DNA of 62,260 bases from a virus (IMGVR_UViG_3300038429_000202:1-62260), one strand, 5' to 3'; shown: positions 45,246 to 55,420, counted from the stretch's first letter. Numbers and translations are program-made. The notes: generated by a model not told the origin, from the letters alone.

Positions 45246-45529
45246 CCCGCACCCTCACCGCCGCTGTTTTGCTCGCGATGACTGCCAGCGCTTCGGCGCA
45301 AACGGTATCTCCTAGTGCGGCGATGGTCACGGAATGGAATCGGCCAACTTATACATTTGAACCGAAAGATGATGTAACCGCATCGGAATTAGCTAAGGCA
45401 TTGGTAGTAATTATGCCTGCGTTCGTTTGCCGCAATGCGCTTGGTCATGGCTGTGATCCTACTGAAGCGATTGAAGCATTACCCGACAACACCAAGCGCC
45501 ATTTTGTTAAGCACGGAGGCACCCAATGA
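45242..45529 (+). CDS. Small secreted protein
   Basis: Signal peptide ...ASASA|Q; Cys pair. Confidence 0.6.
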   Translation: MTRTLTAAVLLAMTASASAQTVSPSAAMVTEWNRPTYTFEPKDDVTASELAKALVVIMPAFVCRNALGHGCDPTEAIEALPDNTKRHFVKHGGTQ

Positions 45530-45714
45530 AGTACGCAGCTATCGCCATCGTTCTATTCTCGACCGCCAGCGCTTTTGCGGCGACCGACTATCCTATTGAA
45601 CAGCGCCGCGCGATGCTTGAGCGATCCTGCATCACCAATGCTCCTGAAGCCTGGAAAGTGGGCGATGCCGCCCGCGCGGAATGGATCGCCAGTTGCCGGA
45701 GGGAAGCGCAGTGA
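45526..45714 (+). CDS. Small secreted protein
   Basis: Signal peptide ...SAFA|A; Cys pair. Confidence 0.6.
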   Translation: MKYAAIAIVLFSTASAFAATDYPIEQRRAMLERSCITNAPEAWKVGDAARAEWIASCRREAQ

Positions 45715-46499
45715 GTGAACCCCGGACATCTCCTGTGACAGATTTTGACGCACAGGAAAAGGAACTGTTTGCCGCCGCGACCAAGATTGATGTCGTCGCT
45801 GCGGTAAAGCATATCCGCAATTGGACGTCTTATATCGACGATCACCATCGGCAACAGTACGCGGACCTGATCGAGGCACAGGCCAAATTGATCGCATGGC
45901 TTATCCGTCCTCGTGATGCCCAACAGCCTGTTTCGTTTCTTGTAACAGAGGCAATGGTCGCGGCGGTATGTGAAACCTATGCCGAAGTCTATCATGACGA
46001 CGACAAGGATATGGGCGATGCGATGCGGGCTGCTCTAGCAATTGCGCTCTGTTCTGCCCAATCACAGAGCCACACGCGGGCGCTGGAGCAGATTAGAGCC
46101 ATTTGTGAGGACAATTCGGAAGCATCTTGTGACAAGGGGATGGCCCTTAATTTCGTTCAACAGGTAGTGGTTGCCGCGCTTGGCTTTGTTCCATCGACCG
46201 AGGCGCCTGCTGCCTCTCAACTGCCTATGCTCGCGGATATCGCTCAGATCATCAGGAAAGGATATGCGAACGGCTGCACGGCGGACGAGATCGCCGCTGC
46301 CGTGATGGGCCAATTCGTTGGGGTGTCATCGACAGACCGAAACTGGTTTGAGGACGCGGCGCACGAGAACGGCAATTACGAATGCTCATGTGTCGAATGC
46401 GGTCATGGATTTATAGGCCACAAGCGCCGCGTGCTTTGCAAGATCTGCTCGAATTTGCTCACTCCGCCGGTTGCATCGACAGTCAGGGATGAAAAATGA
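45711..46499 (+). CDS. Mosaic hypothetical protein with a C-terminal Zn finger
   Basis: ENGNYECSCVECG..FIGHKRR..CKIC. Confidence 0.6.
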   Translation: MSEPRTSPVTDFDAQEKELFAAATKIDVVAAVKHIRNWTSYIDDHHRQQYADLIEAQAKLIAWLIRPRDAQQPVSFLVTEAMVAAVCETYAEVYHDDDKDMGDAMRAALAIALCSAQSQSHTRALEQIRAICEDNSEASCDKGMALNFVQQVVVAALGFVPSTEAPAASQLPMLADIAQIIRKGYANGCTADEIAAAVMGQFVGVSSTDRNWFEDAAHENGNYECSCVECGHGFIGHKRRVLCKICSNLLTPPVASTVRDEK

Positions 46500-46708
46500 A
46501 GCTCTGCAAATGCGGTCGCCCTGCAACTCACTTCATCATGCGGCTTACACTCGACGGTGAGCAGAACGGCAAGCAACTTGCGTGCGATGCCTTCCCTGAC
46601 GCACAATGGTCTAGGCGGCCCGTTGGTCGCATGTCAGCGCTCGTACACGGCCTCGGCAATTGCCAACTCGGTTACTTCGCACGACAGGAAATGACGCATG
46701 ACTCCTGA
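46496..46708 (+). CDS. Hypothetical protein
   Basis: Coupled ORF. Confidence 0.45.
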   Translation: MKLCKCGRPATHFIMRLTLDGEQNGKQLACDAFPDAQWSRRPVGRMSALVHGLGNCQLGYFARQEMTHDS

Positions 46709-47555
46709 GATAGTCGATTTGTTTAGCGGCGCGGCGGGTGGTTGGTCCTTGGGGATGCATCGCGCCGGATACCGCACGATCGCGGCCTGTGAAATCGACC
46801 CGTGGCGCCGAGCCACCTATCAACGGAACAACCCCGAGGTGCGACTTTATGACGACGTTAGAACTGTCACGGCAAAACAGCTTGTTGCCGATCTTGGACG
46901 CCTCCCTGACGCCATCGTTGGAAGCCCTCCCTGCCAAGACGCCAGCGCCGCCAATAGCCAAGGCAAAGGCGTCGAAGGCGACCAAACGAAGCTCGTCTTT
47001 GAGGCGATCCGTATCGTCAGCGAATGCAGACCTCGTTGGTGCGCTTTTGAAAACAGTCCTTTCCTCCGAACTCGCGGCTATGACCGGATTGCGGATGGAC
47101 TGGAAGAAATCGGTTACGCCTGCTGGCCGTTCGTGGTGGCAGCTAGTGATCTTGGAGCCCCGCACGGGCGCAAACGGGTCTGGATCATTGCTTCCGACGT
47201 CGGCCAAACAGAGCCAGTCGGGTGGCCTGCGCCTGGAGGGCGCCAGCGGTGGGCGCAAGAAGCTACGGCAGATGATGGGGTCGCCGCGCGCGAACAAGTG
47301 GGGCGAGCCGGACTGTCATGGGCGAACGATTGGGATCAATGGCAGGGAGGCATTGCACGCCACTTACGAGTGGACGATGGGCTATCCCCCACGACATCTC
47401 GCGAATGCATCAGCGCATACGGTGACGCCATCCTCCCGCAAATCAGCGAAGCCGCCGGCAGAGCCATCCTCGCCGTCGAAGCAGCCCGACGATTCATCGC
47501 TGATCTGACGCCTCGGTTACCCCAGGTCACAAGCGCGGAGAGCGAGAATGGATGA
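46698..47555 (+). CDS. C5 DNA cytosine methyltransferase (alpha chain)
   Basis: DLFSGAAGG, CEID, GSPPCQ, FENSP, PHGRKRVW, AYGDAILPQ. Confidence 0.9.
   Translation: MTPEIVDLFSGAAGGWSLGMHRAGYRTIAACEIDPWRRATYQRNNPEVRLYDDVRTVTAKQLVADLGRLPDAIVGSPPCQDASAANSQGKGVEGDQTKLVFEAIRIVSECRPRWCAFENSPFLRTRGYDRIADGLEEIGYACWPFVVAASDLGAPHGRKRVWIIASDVGQTEPVGWPAPGGRQRWAQEATADDGVAAREQVGRAGLSWANDWDQWQGGIARHLRVDDGLSPTTSRECISAYGDAILPQISEAAGRAILAVEAARRFIADLTPRLPQVTSAESENG
47080..47508 (+). CDS. Nested alternative-frame ORF, putative methyltransferase beta chain
   Basis: LLPT...EWTMGYP (motif IX-like); the frame is open from 46738; start uncertain. Confidence 0.55.
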   Translation: MTGLRMDWKKSVTPAGRSWWQLVILEPRTGANGSGSLLPTSAKQSQSGGLRLEGASGGRKKLRQMMGSPRANKWGEPDCHGRTIGINGREALHATYEWTMGYPPRHLANASAHTVTPSSRKSAKPPAEPSSPSKQPDDSSLI

Positions 47556-49064
47556 GCATGAAATGCCAGATTGGCCGCCGCAGGTTTCGGCTGTCGGACG
47601 CCCCGAAGGTTCTTTCCGACACGGATCAACCGGCCAACTGTTCGTAGTGAAGAACGGACAATGGAAACGCGTTTCTCCACGCACTCAAGCTTCGCCTCAG
47701 CTCGTTATACCAAACGACGGTGGTGGCGATCCGCCTTCCCGAATTTGAGCCGGCGCGCTTGTAGTGTGGGACAGCGGGAGAGCGACAATGGGTGATATCG
47801 TGGCGCAAGATTGCCGTCTTGAGGGATTCTCTAGCGGTCGCGTTTCTAAAATTTATAAGGCAACGCACATTCCAACTGGGATGATCGTTGAGTTTTCAAA
47901 CGGTCTCACAAAACGCGAAGCAATGGAAAGATTGCAGCGGGCCGTCAACGATCATGATTTGCATGATGAAGCGCCCTGTTCTGTGGGACAACAATCAAAT
48001 GGCTGAAATCATTGGGGCTGGTGCGTCAGAACCAAAATGTCTGGTGTGCAGCCGAACGTATTCGGAACATACGTGGGAAAGTAGAGACGTATGCAATTGC
48101 TATATTGAGTCCTCACCTAAAATTGAAACCTACAGGCGATGCGGCATTTGCGGCTTTATCGTTGATGTCAAATTCGAAGCTACCAAGCCGACCGTTCAGT
48201 ATGGCAGCGCGGGCCGCGCCAAGACAAAACCAGACACAGACAAACTCGCGGAACTTCAAGCGTGGCTGGATGAGCGCGGACGAAATTCAACGAGCTACGG
48301 TAGTCACGCTCACGCCTATGAAGTCGCGGCTCGAAAACTTAGAGAGGCCACCACATGAGTGAGATTGAACGGCTTCGTCGCGCCCAATCCAGAGCCGTGA
48401 TGCCGCTGATCGGCCCATTGCTTGATGCGTGGGAAGGCTTGAGCAACGACGCCAAGGGCGTATTGCAGTTGGAGGCCGCTACGCTTTGCGAATATCTCGT
48501 CGAGATAGACGCGGCAATGGATGCAGACGACTCGGTTACTCCGGCCGACAGAACATGAATCGAGATTGGCTTACCACGAACGCTCTTGATCGCGACTGTC
48601 TATGGGCCGCGAAGCGCGAAACTGACCGACTGGGCGGCGGAACATGGCTTCCGTGGCGCGGGATGTATGCTAGGGCGCAGCGCCTTTGTAAAAAGGGACT
48701 TTTGAGGGAAGCTGGGACAGCGGCGATGTCGCCACACAAGCTTTACATAATCACGGTCGATGGGCGCGACGAGTTGGCGGTAGCGCAAGCATTGTCTCCA
48801 GCAGACCCCGCACAATCTTGTTCTTTGACATGAAGTGCGAACCGATCAAGCCCGCAGGCCAGTCATGAGCAGTCACAAGCCGTGGACCTAGAACGTCTTA
48901 TCAACGACTTGCGGATTCTGAAATCAATGGTCGCGCAAGCGGAGTTGGTTTCGATGAACGAGCGCGTCCGTACTTACCAGAACGTCGGCGCGTTCATTCT
49001 GCGCCACGGTAGGCTAGACGCGATTATAGAGGTCATGGAGAGGACCAATGCCGAACGAGCTTGA
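47548..49064 (+). other. Run of small coupled hypothetical ORFs (approx. 47548, 47788, 47999, 48355, 48555, 48882)
   Basis: Overlapping starts and stops; no recognisable domains. Confidence 0.5.
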
Positions 49065-49180
49065 CCGCGATGCCCATGCTAAACAGACGCACTGCTATAC
49101 CTGCGGCAAGCGATTTGAGCGCGCCAAATATGAATGCCCGACATGGGGACAATTGACTATTTTGTATGGAGATGGCGCGA

Positions 49181-50308
49181 TTAAGAATGCGCGCCGTTGG
49201 TGATTTCTAGCGATCCAGTCACCATGTTGACATTATCGGTGAACGTGACTAGTGCTCCAGCATTGTTGTTGTTGCTGGTAGTCAAATAGAAACTACTCAT
49301 CCCGGTGGGATCTACGTAGTTGTCGTGTACTGAAATTCCCGGCGCAACGACATTCGAATTACCTGCTCCGGTGGGATTGGATCGAACACCGACGAAATCA
49401 GCCTGTCCGCCTCCTGCGATGGCTACCGCTGTGCAGAACGCCAAAACTCCCGTGACCGTTCCGGGACTGTTCGGTTCAAAGGAATAGCCCTGCGTGCCTT
49501 GGGAGCCGCCGTATGGGCCGTTGTTTCCGCTCTGGTATGTCGTGTTGAATTGCACGTCGTAATTCCACGCGCCCGCGCCGCCAATCTGAAAGAAGTCTGC
49601 GTGCGACCCGGGGGCCACGCCTGCGTCTCGCATAAGGTTGAAGCGCCACACGGCTGGAATGGCGTATTCGGCAAAATCGTTCGGCGCGTCGTGGATATAG
49701 CAGTACGAAACATTGTTGACGTTGTGGAGAATTTCGGTCGCAAGTCCCGTGGGGCCGCCGCCGTTTAATTCGCAGTATTGAACTGTTAGATTGCTATTAA
49801 AGGCAGACGAAAAAATCATGTTGCCGCTGCCATTTTGGGTATTGGCATTGGCCCCACTGGCATCGAAATTGCAGTTTTGGATGACACAGTTGGTGCCAGT
49901 ATTGGAAACCATAAACCCGCCACCAAGAGAGAAATCGTAGCTATCCAGAACCGTTCCGTTTCCAGCGAGGGTGATGACGGTCCCACTACGGCTGATGTTG
50001 CCGCTTGTCGGAATGGTGGAGGGATTTAGAAGCGTGACGCTCGTGTTGATGCCGACACGATAATTGACGCCAGCGACATACCACGGAGCGCGGACGGCGT
50101 ATCCGCTTAGCAAGCTGGGAAATTGTGCCGTCCCGGTAGGGGCATTGGCGAAGCCGTCGTTATAGGTAACGCCCGAATTGAAGCCCCCCCTCATGAACGC
50201 TTTGCTTGGCCTGATGATCGCCGGAGCCGCTATGACAAGGGCCGCGCCCCTGATGAATTTTCTCCGACTGACTACCAGCTTCGGAGCGGCTGGTTTGATG
50301 ATCGTCAT
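49181..50308 (-). CDS. Beta-helix (tailspike/depolymerase-like) protein with a Tat signal
   Basis: SRRKFIRG twin-arginine motif, h-region, SKA cleavage site; IQNCNF / VQYCEL / VSYCYIH beta-helix rungs; HADFFQ. Confidence 0.7.
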   Translation of the reverse strand: MTIIKPAAPKLVVSRRKFIRGAALVIAAPAIIRPSKAFMRGGFNSGVTYNDGFANAPTGTAQFPSLLSGYAVRAPWYVAGVNYRVGINTSVTLLNPSTIPTSGNISRSGTVITLAGNGTVLDSYDFSLGGGFMVSNTGTNCVIQNCNFDASGANANTQNGSGNMIFSSAFNSNLTVQYCELNGGGPTGLATEILHNVNNVSYCYIHDAPNDFAEYAIPAVWRFNLMRDAGVAPGSHADFFQIGGAGAWNYDVQFNTTYQSGNNGPYGGSQGTQGYSFEPNSPGTVTGVLAFCTAVAIAGGGQADFVGVRSNPTGAGNSNVVAPGISVHDNYVDPTGMSSFYLTTSNNNNAGALVTFTDNVNMVTGSLEITNGAHS

Positions 50309-52236
50309 GGATGATAGGTAATTACAATGATGCCTTGACAGGCATCGCCGCCGAGGCCGAGGACACTGGATCCTGCCTCAAATCCATTGCCGCCACCGCC
50401 GCCTCCGTAGCAGCCACCGGCTCCGCCATCACCACTTCCGAGACTGGTTGCTAAAGTTGAGGATCCGCCCGTGCCGCCGCCCCCACCTGAACCGTGTGAG
50501 GATCCCCACTCCGTTCCATTACCGCCAGCCCCACCGCCTCCGGCAGTTCCAGCGCCGCCAACAGTGATAGCAGAACCGCCGCCGCCACCACCGCCTGCCG
50601 TGCCGGGTGAACCAGCGCCGTTTGGAAACGTCCCCCCGGCGCCACCTCCCGCACTGGCACTGTTATTACCACCGTTTGCACCATTACCGTTGGTTGTGGT
50701 AGCGCCATTCGTTCCGCCGCCACCGCCGCCGCCTCCTGTGCCGCCCTGAGCAGTAGTCGAATTGGTCCCGCCCGTGCCGCCAATTCCGTTCGGGCCGCCT
50801 GCGCCACCACCGCCGCCGCCGCGCGCCGCTGCAACCGTGCCGGTCGTGAACAGCGAGGCATTCGCCATCCAGTCCGGCACGACATTGTAATTCGCACCGT
50901 CCGACTGAATCCCGACGCATACCGGAGCCGCAGCCGTTCCGCCCGGAAGGGCATAGGTCGACGCCCCGCCGATGGTCGATGTGGTCGGCGTGACGGTAGC
51001 AGTTCCGACGCCAATATTGCAGAGTTCGAAATAGGTGCCGGTGGCAAAGCCGGTTGTTCCAGCTTGGGCGATGGCAACCGCGATCGAGCCCGCATTGCTT
51101 TCCGTAGTGATGTTGCCGCAATCGGTCGAGACGATGGTGTCGGACGTGGTGGTGTTGGCGCGCTTGGTGATCGATGCCGAGACAGTGCCCGTCGTGGTGA
51201 TCGCGCTGCCGCCGGTCGATGTGCCGCAGCCTGCCGCGACGGAGGTGACAGTTCCACTGCCGCCAACTGAACTGATAACGCCGCCGCTGGCAGTGATTGT
51301 GGTGCCATCAACCTTGGCAAGCCCGAACACACTGGAACTGGTTTTCTGCACCGCAGGAGCAGCGTCAGACCGCATGAACGTTGTCGCAACGCCGTTGACA
51401 GCCGTATCGCTCGCCGTCGCGGTCGGATTGGCGCCGGACGAGCCCGAGCCGCCGCAGACTGAGCCGGTCCCGGTAATAGCCCCCGTGGTATCGACGTTCA
51501 AACATTGCGTCGATCCCGTGATGTAAGCGAGCTTTGCCGCCGTCGTCAGATTGACAGAGGAAATTGTCGGAGCCGTCCCGAATACAGCCGCGCCGGAGCC
51601 GGTTTCGTCGGTCAGGGCTGCGGCAAGATTGGCGCTCGATGGCGTCCCAAGGAATGTTGCAACGCCGGTCCCGAGTCCTGAAACACCCGTCGATATCGGC
51701 AACCCCGTCGCGTTCGTCAATGTGCCCGAGGTCGGTGTCCCCAGTGCGCCGCTAAACCCGACAAGACCGCTTGCGCCGTTCAGCGCATTCGCCAGTGCGG
51801 CAGCTACGTTCGTGCCCCATCCTGTGGTTCCTGCAATTGGCAGGCCAGTGGCATTCGTCAGCGTCCCCGACGATGGCGTACCTAATGCGCCATTGAACGT
51901 CACGAACGCGCCAGCCGAGCCGATATTGACGCCAAGTGCGGTTGCGACACCAGTGCCTGGCGCTGTGGTAGCGAGCGCCGTGAAAGCCGTTCCGTTGGTC
52001 TTGGTGCAGGTAAATGTGCCAGTCCCAGTCGCAGTACAGTCGCCGCTGACCAAGCCGTTGAGGTAGGCCGCAACTTGCGTAAATGTGCATTTAAGATCGG
52101 AAGCCGCGCCGATGGGGCAATAGGTAAGCTGCGTCCCGACGATTGCGCCGGATGCCGTCATGGAGTTGACGTTGCTATCGGCTTTTGCGGGCGAAATCAG
52201 TACCAGCAAGCCGAGGATTAAAAGTATTTTTCGCAT
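50305..52236 (-). CDS. Tail fibre-like protein (643 aa) with a Sec signal peptide and Gly-rich C-terminus
   Basis: MRKILLILGLLVLISPAKA|D; two GALGTP.SGTLTNATGLPI repeats; 12 Cys. Confidence 0.7.
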   Translation of the reverse strand: MRKILLILGLLVLISPAKADSNVNSMTASGAIVGTQLTYCPIGAASDLKCTFTQVAAYLNGLVSGDCTATGTGTFTCTKTNGTAFTALATTAPGTGVATALGVNIGSAGAFVTFNGALGTPSSGTLTNATGLPIAGTTGWGTNVAAALANALNGASGLVGFSGALGTPTSGTLTNATGLPISTGVSGLGTGVATFLGTPSSANLAAALTDETGSGAAVFGTAPTISSVNLTTAAKLAYITGSTQCLNVDTTGAITGTGSVCGGSGSSGANPTATASDTAVNGVATTFMRSDAAPAVQKTSSSVFGLAKVDGTTITASGGVISSVGGSGTVTSVAAGCGTSTGGSAITTTGTVSASITKRANTTTSDTIVSTDCGNITTESNAGSIAVAIAQAGTTGFATGTYFELCNIGVGTATVTPTTSTIGGASTYALPGGTAAAPVCVGIQSDGANYNVVPDWMANASLFTTGTVAAARGGGGGGAGGPNGIGGTGGTNSTTAQGGTGGGGGGGGTNGATTTNGNGANGGNNSASAGGGAGGTFPNGAGSPGTAGGGGGGGSAITVGGAGTAGGGGAGGNGTEWGSSHGSGGGGGTGGSSTLATSLGSGDGGAGGCYGGGGGGNGFEAGSSVLGLGGDACQGIIVITYHP

Positions 52237-52454
52237 CAGCAACCTCCGGCCAAGCACACTTTGCTTGTACCATTTGTCTCAAGCAGAAATGAGGAGCCGT
52301 TTGCCAGTAGCACTTTACCCGTTGCCGCGGGCGTAACCGTGCCTCCCCCGCCAAATGAACTCGGGCAAAACCCGGGAAGGCAACCGTTGAATTGTGCGGA
52401 TGCGGCATATCCGGTCACTGCCAGAATTAGTATCGCGTAAAACATCCGTTTCAT
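52236..52454 (-). CDS. Small Sec-exported protein with 4 Cys
   Basis: GAGGTG RBS; MKRMFYAILILAVTGYAASA|Q. Confidence 0.65.
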   Translation of the reverse strand: MKRMFYAILILAVTGYAASAQFNGCLPGFCPSSFGGGGTVTPAATGKVLLANGSSFLLETNGTSKVCLAGGC

Positions 52455-52455
52455 A

Positions 52456-52875
52456 TCACCACCTCGTACAACTAACGATGTGACCCGTCGTCGCTGCAAT
52501 TACCGAGACGTTTTTATTGGTGCCGAATCCGAGCGGGGAAGCGAAGGAACCCGGCAAAGAATATGTGGTGGCTGCAGGCGCTGCTAGTGGATAAGATCCT
52601 GAGGCTCCCGCCACTGCGGGACCGCTAAAGCTCATCCACACCGGCTCGCCACTGCCGTTGGTATTGTCGATGTTCATGATGATGAACCCATGAACCCCCT
52701 TGTCAGCAGTAATGATGTTCTGTGCCGTACCGCCGGGAGCAATAGTTATCGAACAGTCAACCGGCGTAACATTTCCGAGTCCGTAGACTTGTACTTGCTG
52801 CGCCTGCGCGCCGATCCACGGAAGCGACAGGAATATCCCGACGCCGAGAACTCTTAAACTGCGCTTCCAGTTCAT
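52456..52875 (-). CDS. Sec-exported beta-sandwich-like protein with 2 Cys
   Basis: GGAGG RBS; ...LPWIGAQA|Q. Confidence 0.65.
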   Translation of the reverse strand: MNWKRSLRVLGVGIFLSLPWIGAQAQQVQVYGLGNVTPVDCSITIAPGGTAQNIITADKGVHGFIIMNIDNTNGSGEPVWMSFSGPAVAGASGSYPLAAPAATTYSLPGSFASPLGFGTNKNVSVIAATTGHIVSCTRW

Positions 52876-52876
52876 G

Positions 52877-53155
52877 TCACTTCCTCCGGACGATATAATT
52901 GGCCGCCAGCACAAAGCAGGCGTAAATCGATAGCGCGATGATCTGGCGGTCGTTCGGCGCCGGAATCGAGGCCCACAGCCAAAATGCCGAACCCACCGTC
53001 AAAAGCGTGAACAGGTCGGCGATCGCGACCAGCGCCCGCTGGCTTAGCGCCTTCAGCGCCACGGTGAGCATCGCGACGGCGACACCGTTGTCGACGGGCT
53101 TCGGCTCAGTTTCCGTTCCGCCGACGATCTCGAACCCCGGGTTCTCTTTCGCCAT
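52877..53155 (-). CDS. Two-TM membrane protein
   Basis: Hydrophobic segments; GGAG RBS. Confidence 0.65.
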   Translation of the reverse strand: MAKENPGFEIVGGTETEPKPVDNGVAVAMLTVALKALSQRALVAIADLFTLLTVGSAFWLWASIPAPNDRQIIALSIYACFVLAANYIVRRK

Positions 53156-53375
53156 CTGCGTTCTCCGTGTTGTGAATGCTGGCCGTGAAATTCTCGAAAT
53201 TGGGCAGGTCGCCCTCGTCGGTATCGTCCTTGCCCTTGTTCTTCAGGAGCAGAGCATAATAGGGCATCAGCGCCTTGAACGCGTCAAGGCGGTCCCCGAA
53301 CGCCTTCTCGGCCATGTTGGCGTCCTTGGCGAGCTGGGCGGCCAGTTTGTCCATCTCGTTCGTGAAGTCGGTCAT
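53106..53375 (-). CDS. Hypothetical protein
   Basis: Coupled to the ejection gene. Confidence 0.6.
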   Translation of the reverse strand: MTDFTNEMDKLAAQLAKDANMAEKAFGDRLDAFKALMPYYALLLKNKGKDDTDEGDLPNFENFTASIHNTENADGEREPGVRDRRRNGN

Positions 53376-55420
53376 TGCGCTTGCCTGTCGCCCGCGAGAT
53401 CGCCAGCGGCTGTGGCCGCCCCGGTCCCCATCCTAGCACTCATGCCTGAGATATCGCCAGCCGGCCCCTCCATCGGGTTTGCGGCCTTATTAGCCATGTC
53501 TTTGCGCAGCATGCGCGCGGCATCTTCCGGGATCATGGTCGTGAACAGGATTTGGGCTACTTTCTCGTTCAACTCGGGGTTCGGCTTCAGGCCGAGATCC
53601 TGGTACGCTTTCCACATGCCGGAAATTGCCTTGATCGGGTGCCCGCTGGCGAGTAGTGCGCCGAACTTGGCCAGTCGTCCCATATTCTCGGCACCCGACG
53701 CTGCATCCTCGGCACCGCGACCGGCTGTCGGAGAACCCCCTAATGTCGCTCCTTTAGTGTCGAACATCTTGCGTTCAGTCGTCACCGCGTCTACGAAAGC
53801 ATCGAAATCGGACTTCTCCTTGAATGCCGGGCGTAGCTGATCCCGCATCCATGGGTTCTTGACCAATTGCTTGGATTCGTCACCGGTAAATCCGCCCTTT
53901 GCCAAGCGCTCTTTTAGAAGATCGGCAACGCCCATCCGGTAGAATTCGCGGTCACCGGCCGACATCTTTGCTACCGTAGCGGCATTTTCTTCCGGGGAAG
54001 ATCCGAACACCGTACGGCCGAGTTTGAGCGCATCCAGGCTGGCCGAATACCCCGCCCAGGTTTCCCGCGCCCTTTTGTAAACACCCGACGTGTCGGCTTC
54101 GTCGATGGCTTTGACATAGGCCTGCCGCATCTGGTCGAGCGCCACGCCTCGTGCGCTCAATCGCCCCGTGATCTCGTTGCGTTCATCCGAGATCATGGCA
54201 TCGAGGCCCTGCTTGGCCATGTCGAGGACGCGGACGTTCGGTTTGCCGAGTATCTTGGTTGATCCGTCGACGCCGATATCGACTCCCATCTGCGTCGCGG
54301 TCAGCGGTTCGCCGCGTGCCAGCGATTGCAAGCGCTCGATCTCGTACCCACGGGACATACCGGTTTTTAATGCGGGATCGGATAAGAACTGCTCAAGGCG
54401 CGGGCTCCACACGTTTTGAAGCTCATGCGCCTGCTTGTAAATCGGCGCCGATGCCATGCTACGCGACTCGAGCAGACCTTCGGTTGCCTGAAACACGGTC
54501 GGGCCGCCGGAAATATGCTGCTGGATGTCGGCCGACAGTCGCTTGGCCGCATCTTCGTCGCGCTGGCTCAGGAAGGCGGACGCCACGGCGCGAGATTCAC
54601 CCGGTTGCCGCGCAACATTGCCGCCCAGCCCCCGCAAATTCTCGCCGCCGACATCGACCAGCGCCACCGGCTTGCTGGCAGCTTCCACGAGATCGAGCGC
54701 ATCAGTTGCCGAGGGACCACCCGCTTTCTGGTCCTGCTTGATGCGTTTCAGAACCTTGGTCACAGCTTCCGATATCAGGTTCTCGGGGTAGGATCGTGCG
54801 ACATAACTGCCAAGTCCGGTCAAACCCGCGGCTGCAGCACCTCCTGCCACGCCGAATGCACCTCCAATCAACCCTCCGAGTCCAACCTCTTGTAGCTTTT
54901 CCTTGGCAAAGTTTTTCGTATCTTGCACGGGCTGCACAGCGCCCGATGCCATGCCGCCCGTAATACCGCTCGCCGCCGTTTCGACGCCTGTTGCGAGGCC
55001 GGGGGTGAGAACCTTGCTTGCCAACGGCTTGATCGCGGCTCCGCCAAGACCGGCACCGATATAGTTGATTGGCGACAGTGCCTGTCCCGCCATTCGCGCC
55101 CAATCCATGTTCTTGGAACCGCCGCGTTCTTTTTGAATTTGTGCTTCGCGCTCACGGATGATTCTGTCGCTCTCAGCAGTGAGATTAATATCCTGCCCTT
55201 CCATCGACTGGATCGGTGGTGGTTCGGGCAAAACATGACTGGCAAGCTGGCCGAGACCATAAGCTGGGTCTGCCATACCGCGACCGACTTGCTCCAATGT
55301 CGACGTCTTGTCCTTATGCTCCTCGGCATAGGACTTCATCGCCTTGTCGACGACTTCCGGCGGGGTGCCGTCCGGGAATTCGTGATTCACGCCATCGGCG
55401 GACTGCGTCTGGATCGGCAT
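53372..55420 (-). CDS. DNA ejection / internal virion protein
   Basis: HEFPDGTPPEVVDKAM N-terminus, Gly/Ala hydrophobic segment, helical body, GGSPTA. Confidence 0.7.
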   Translation of the reverse strand: MPIQTQSADGVNHEFPDGTPPEVVDKAMKSYAEEHKDKTSTLEQVGRGMADPAYGLGQLASHVLPEPPPIQSMEGQDINLTAESDRIIREREAQIQKERGGSKNMDWARMAGQALSPINYIGAGLGGAAIKPLASKVLTPGLATGVETAASGITGGMASGAVQPVQDTKNFAKEKLQEVGLGGLIGGAFGVAGGAAAAGLTGLGSYVARSYPENLISEAVTKVLKRIKQDQKAGGPSATDALDLVEAASKPVALVDVGGENLRGLGGNVARQPGESRAVASAFLSQRDEDAAKRLSADIQQHISGGPTVFQATEGLLESRSMASAPIYKQAHELQNVWSPRLEQFLSDPALKTGMSRGYEIERLQSLARGEPLTATQMGVDIGVDGSTKILGKPNVRVLDMAKQGLDAMISDERNEITGRLSARGVALDQMRQAYVKAIDEADTSGVYKRARETWAGYSASLDALKLGRTVFGSSPEENAATVAKMSAGDREFYRMGVADLLKERLAKGGFTGDESKQLVKNPWMRDQLRPAFKEKSDFDAFVDAVTTERKMFDTKGATLGGSPTAGRGAEDAASGAENMGRLAKFGALLASGHPIKAISGMWKAYQDLGLKPNPELNEKVAQILFTTMIPEDAARMLRKDMANKAANPMEGPAGDISGMSARMGTGAATAAGDLAGDRQAQ

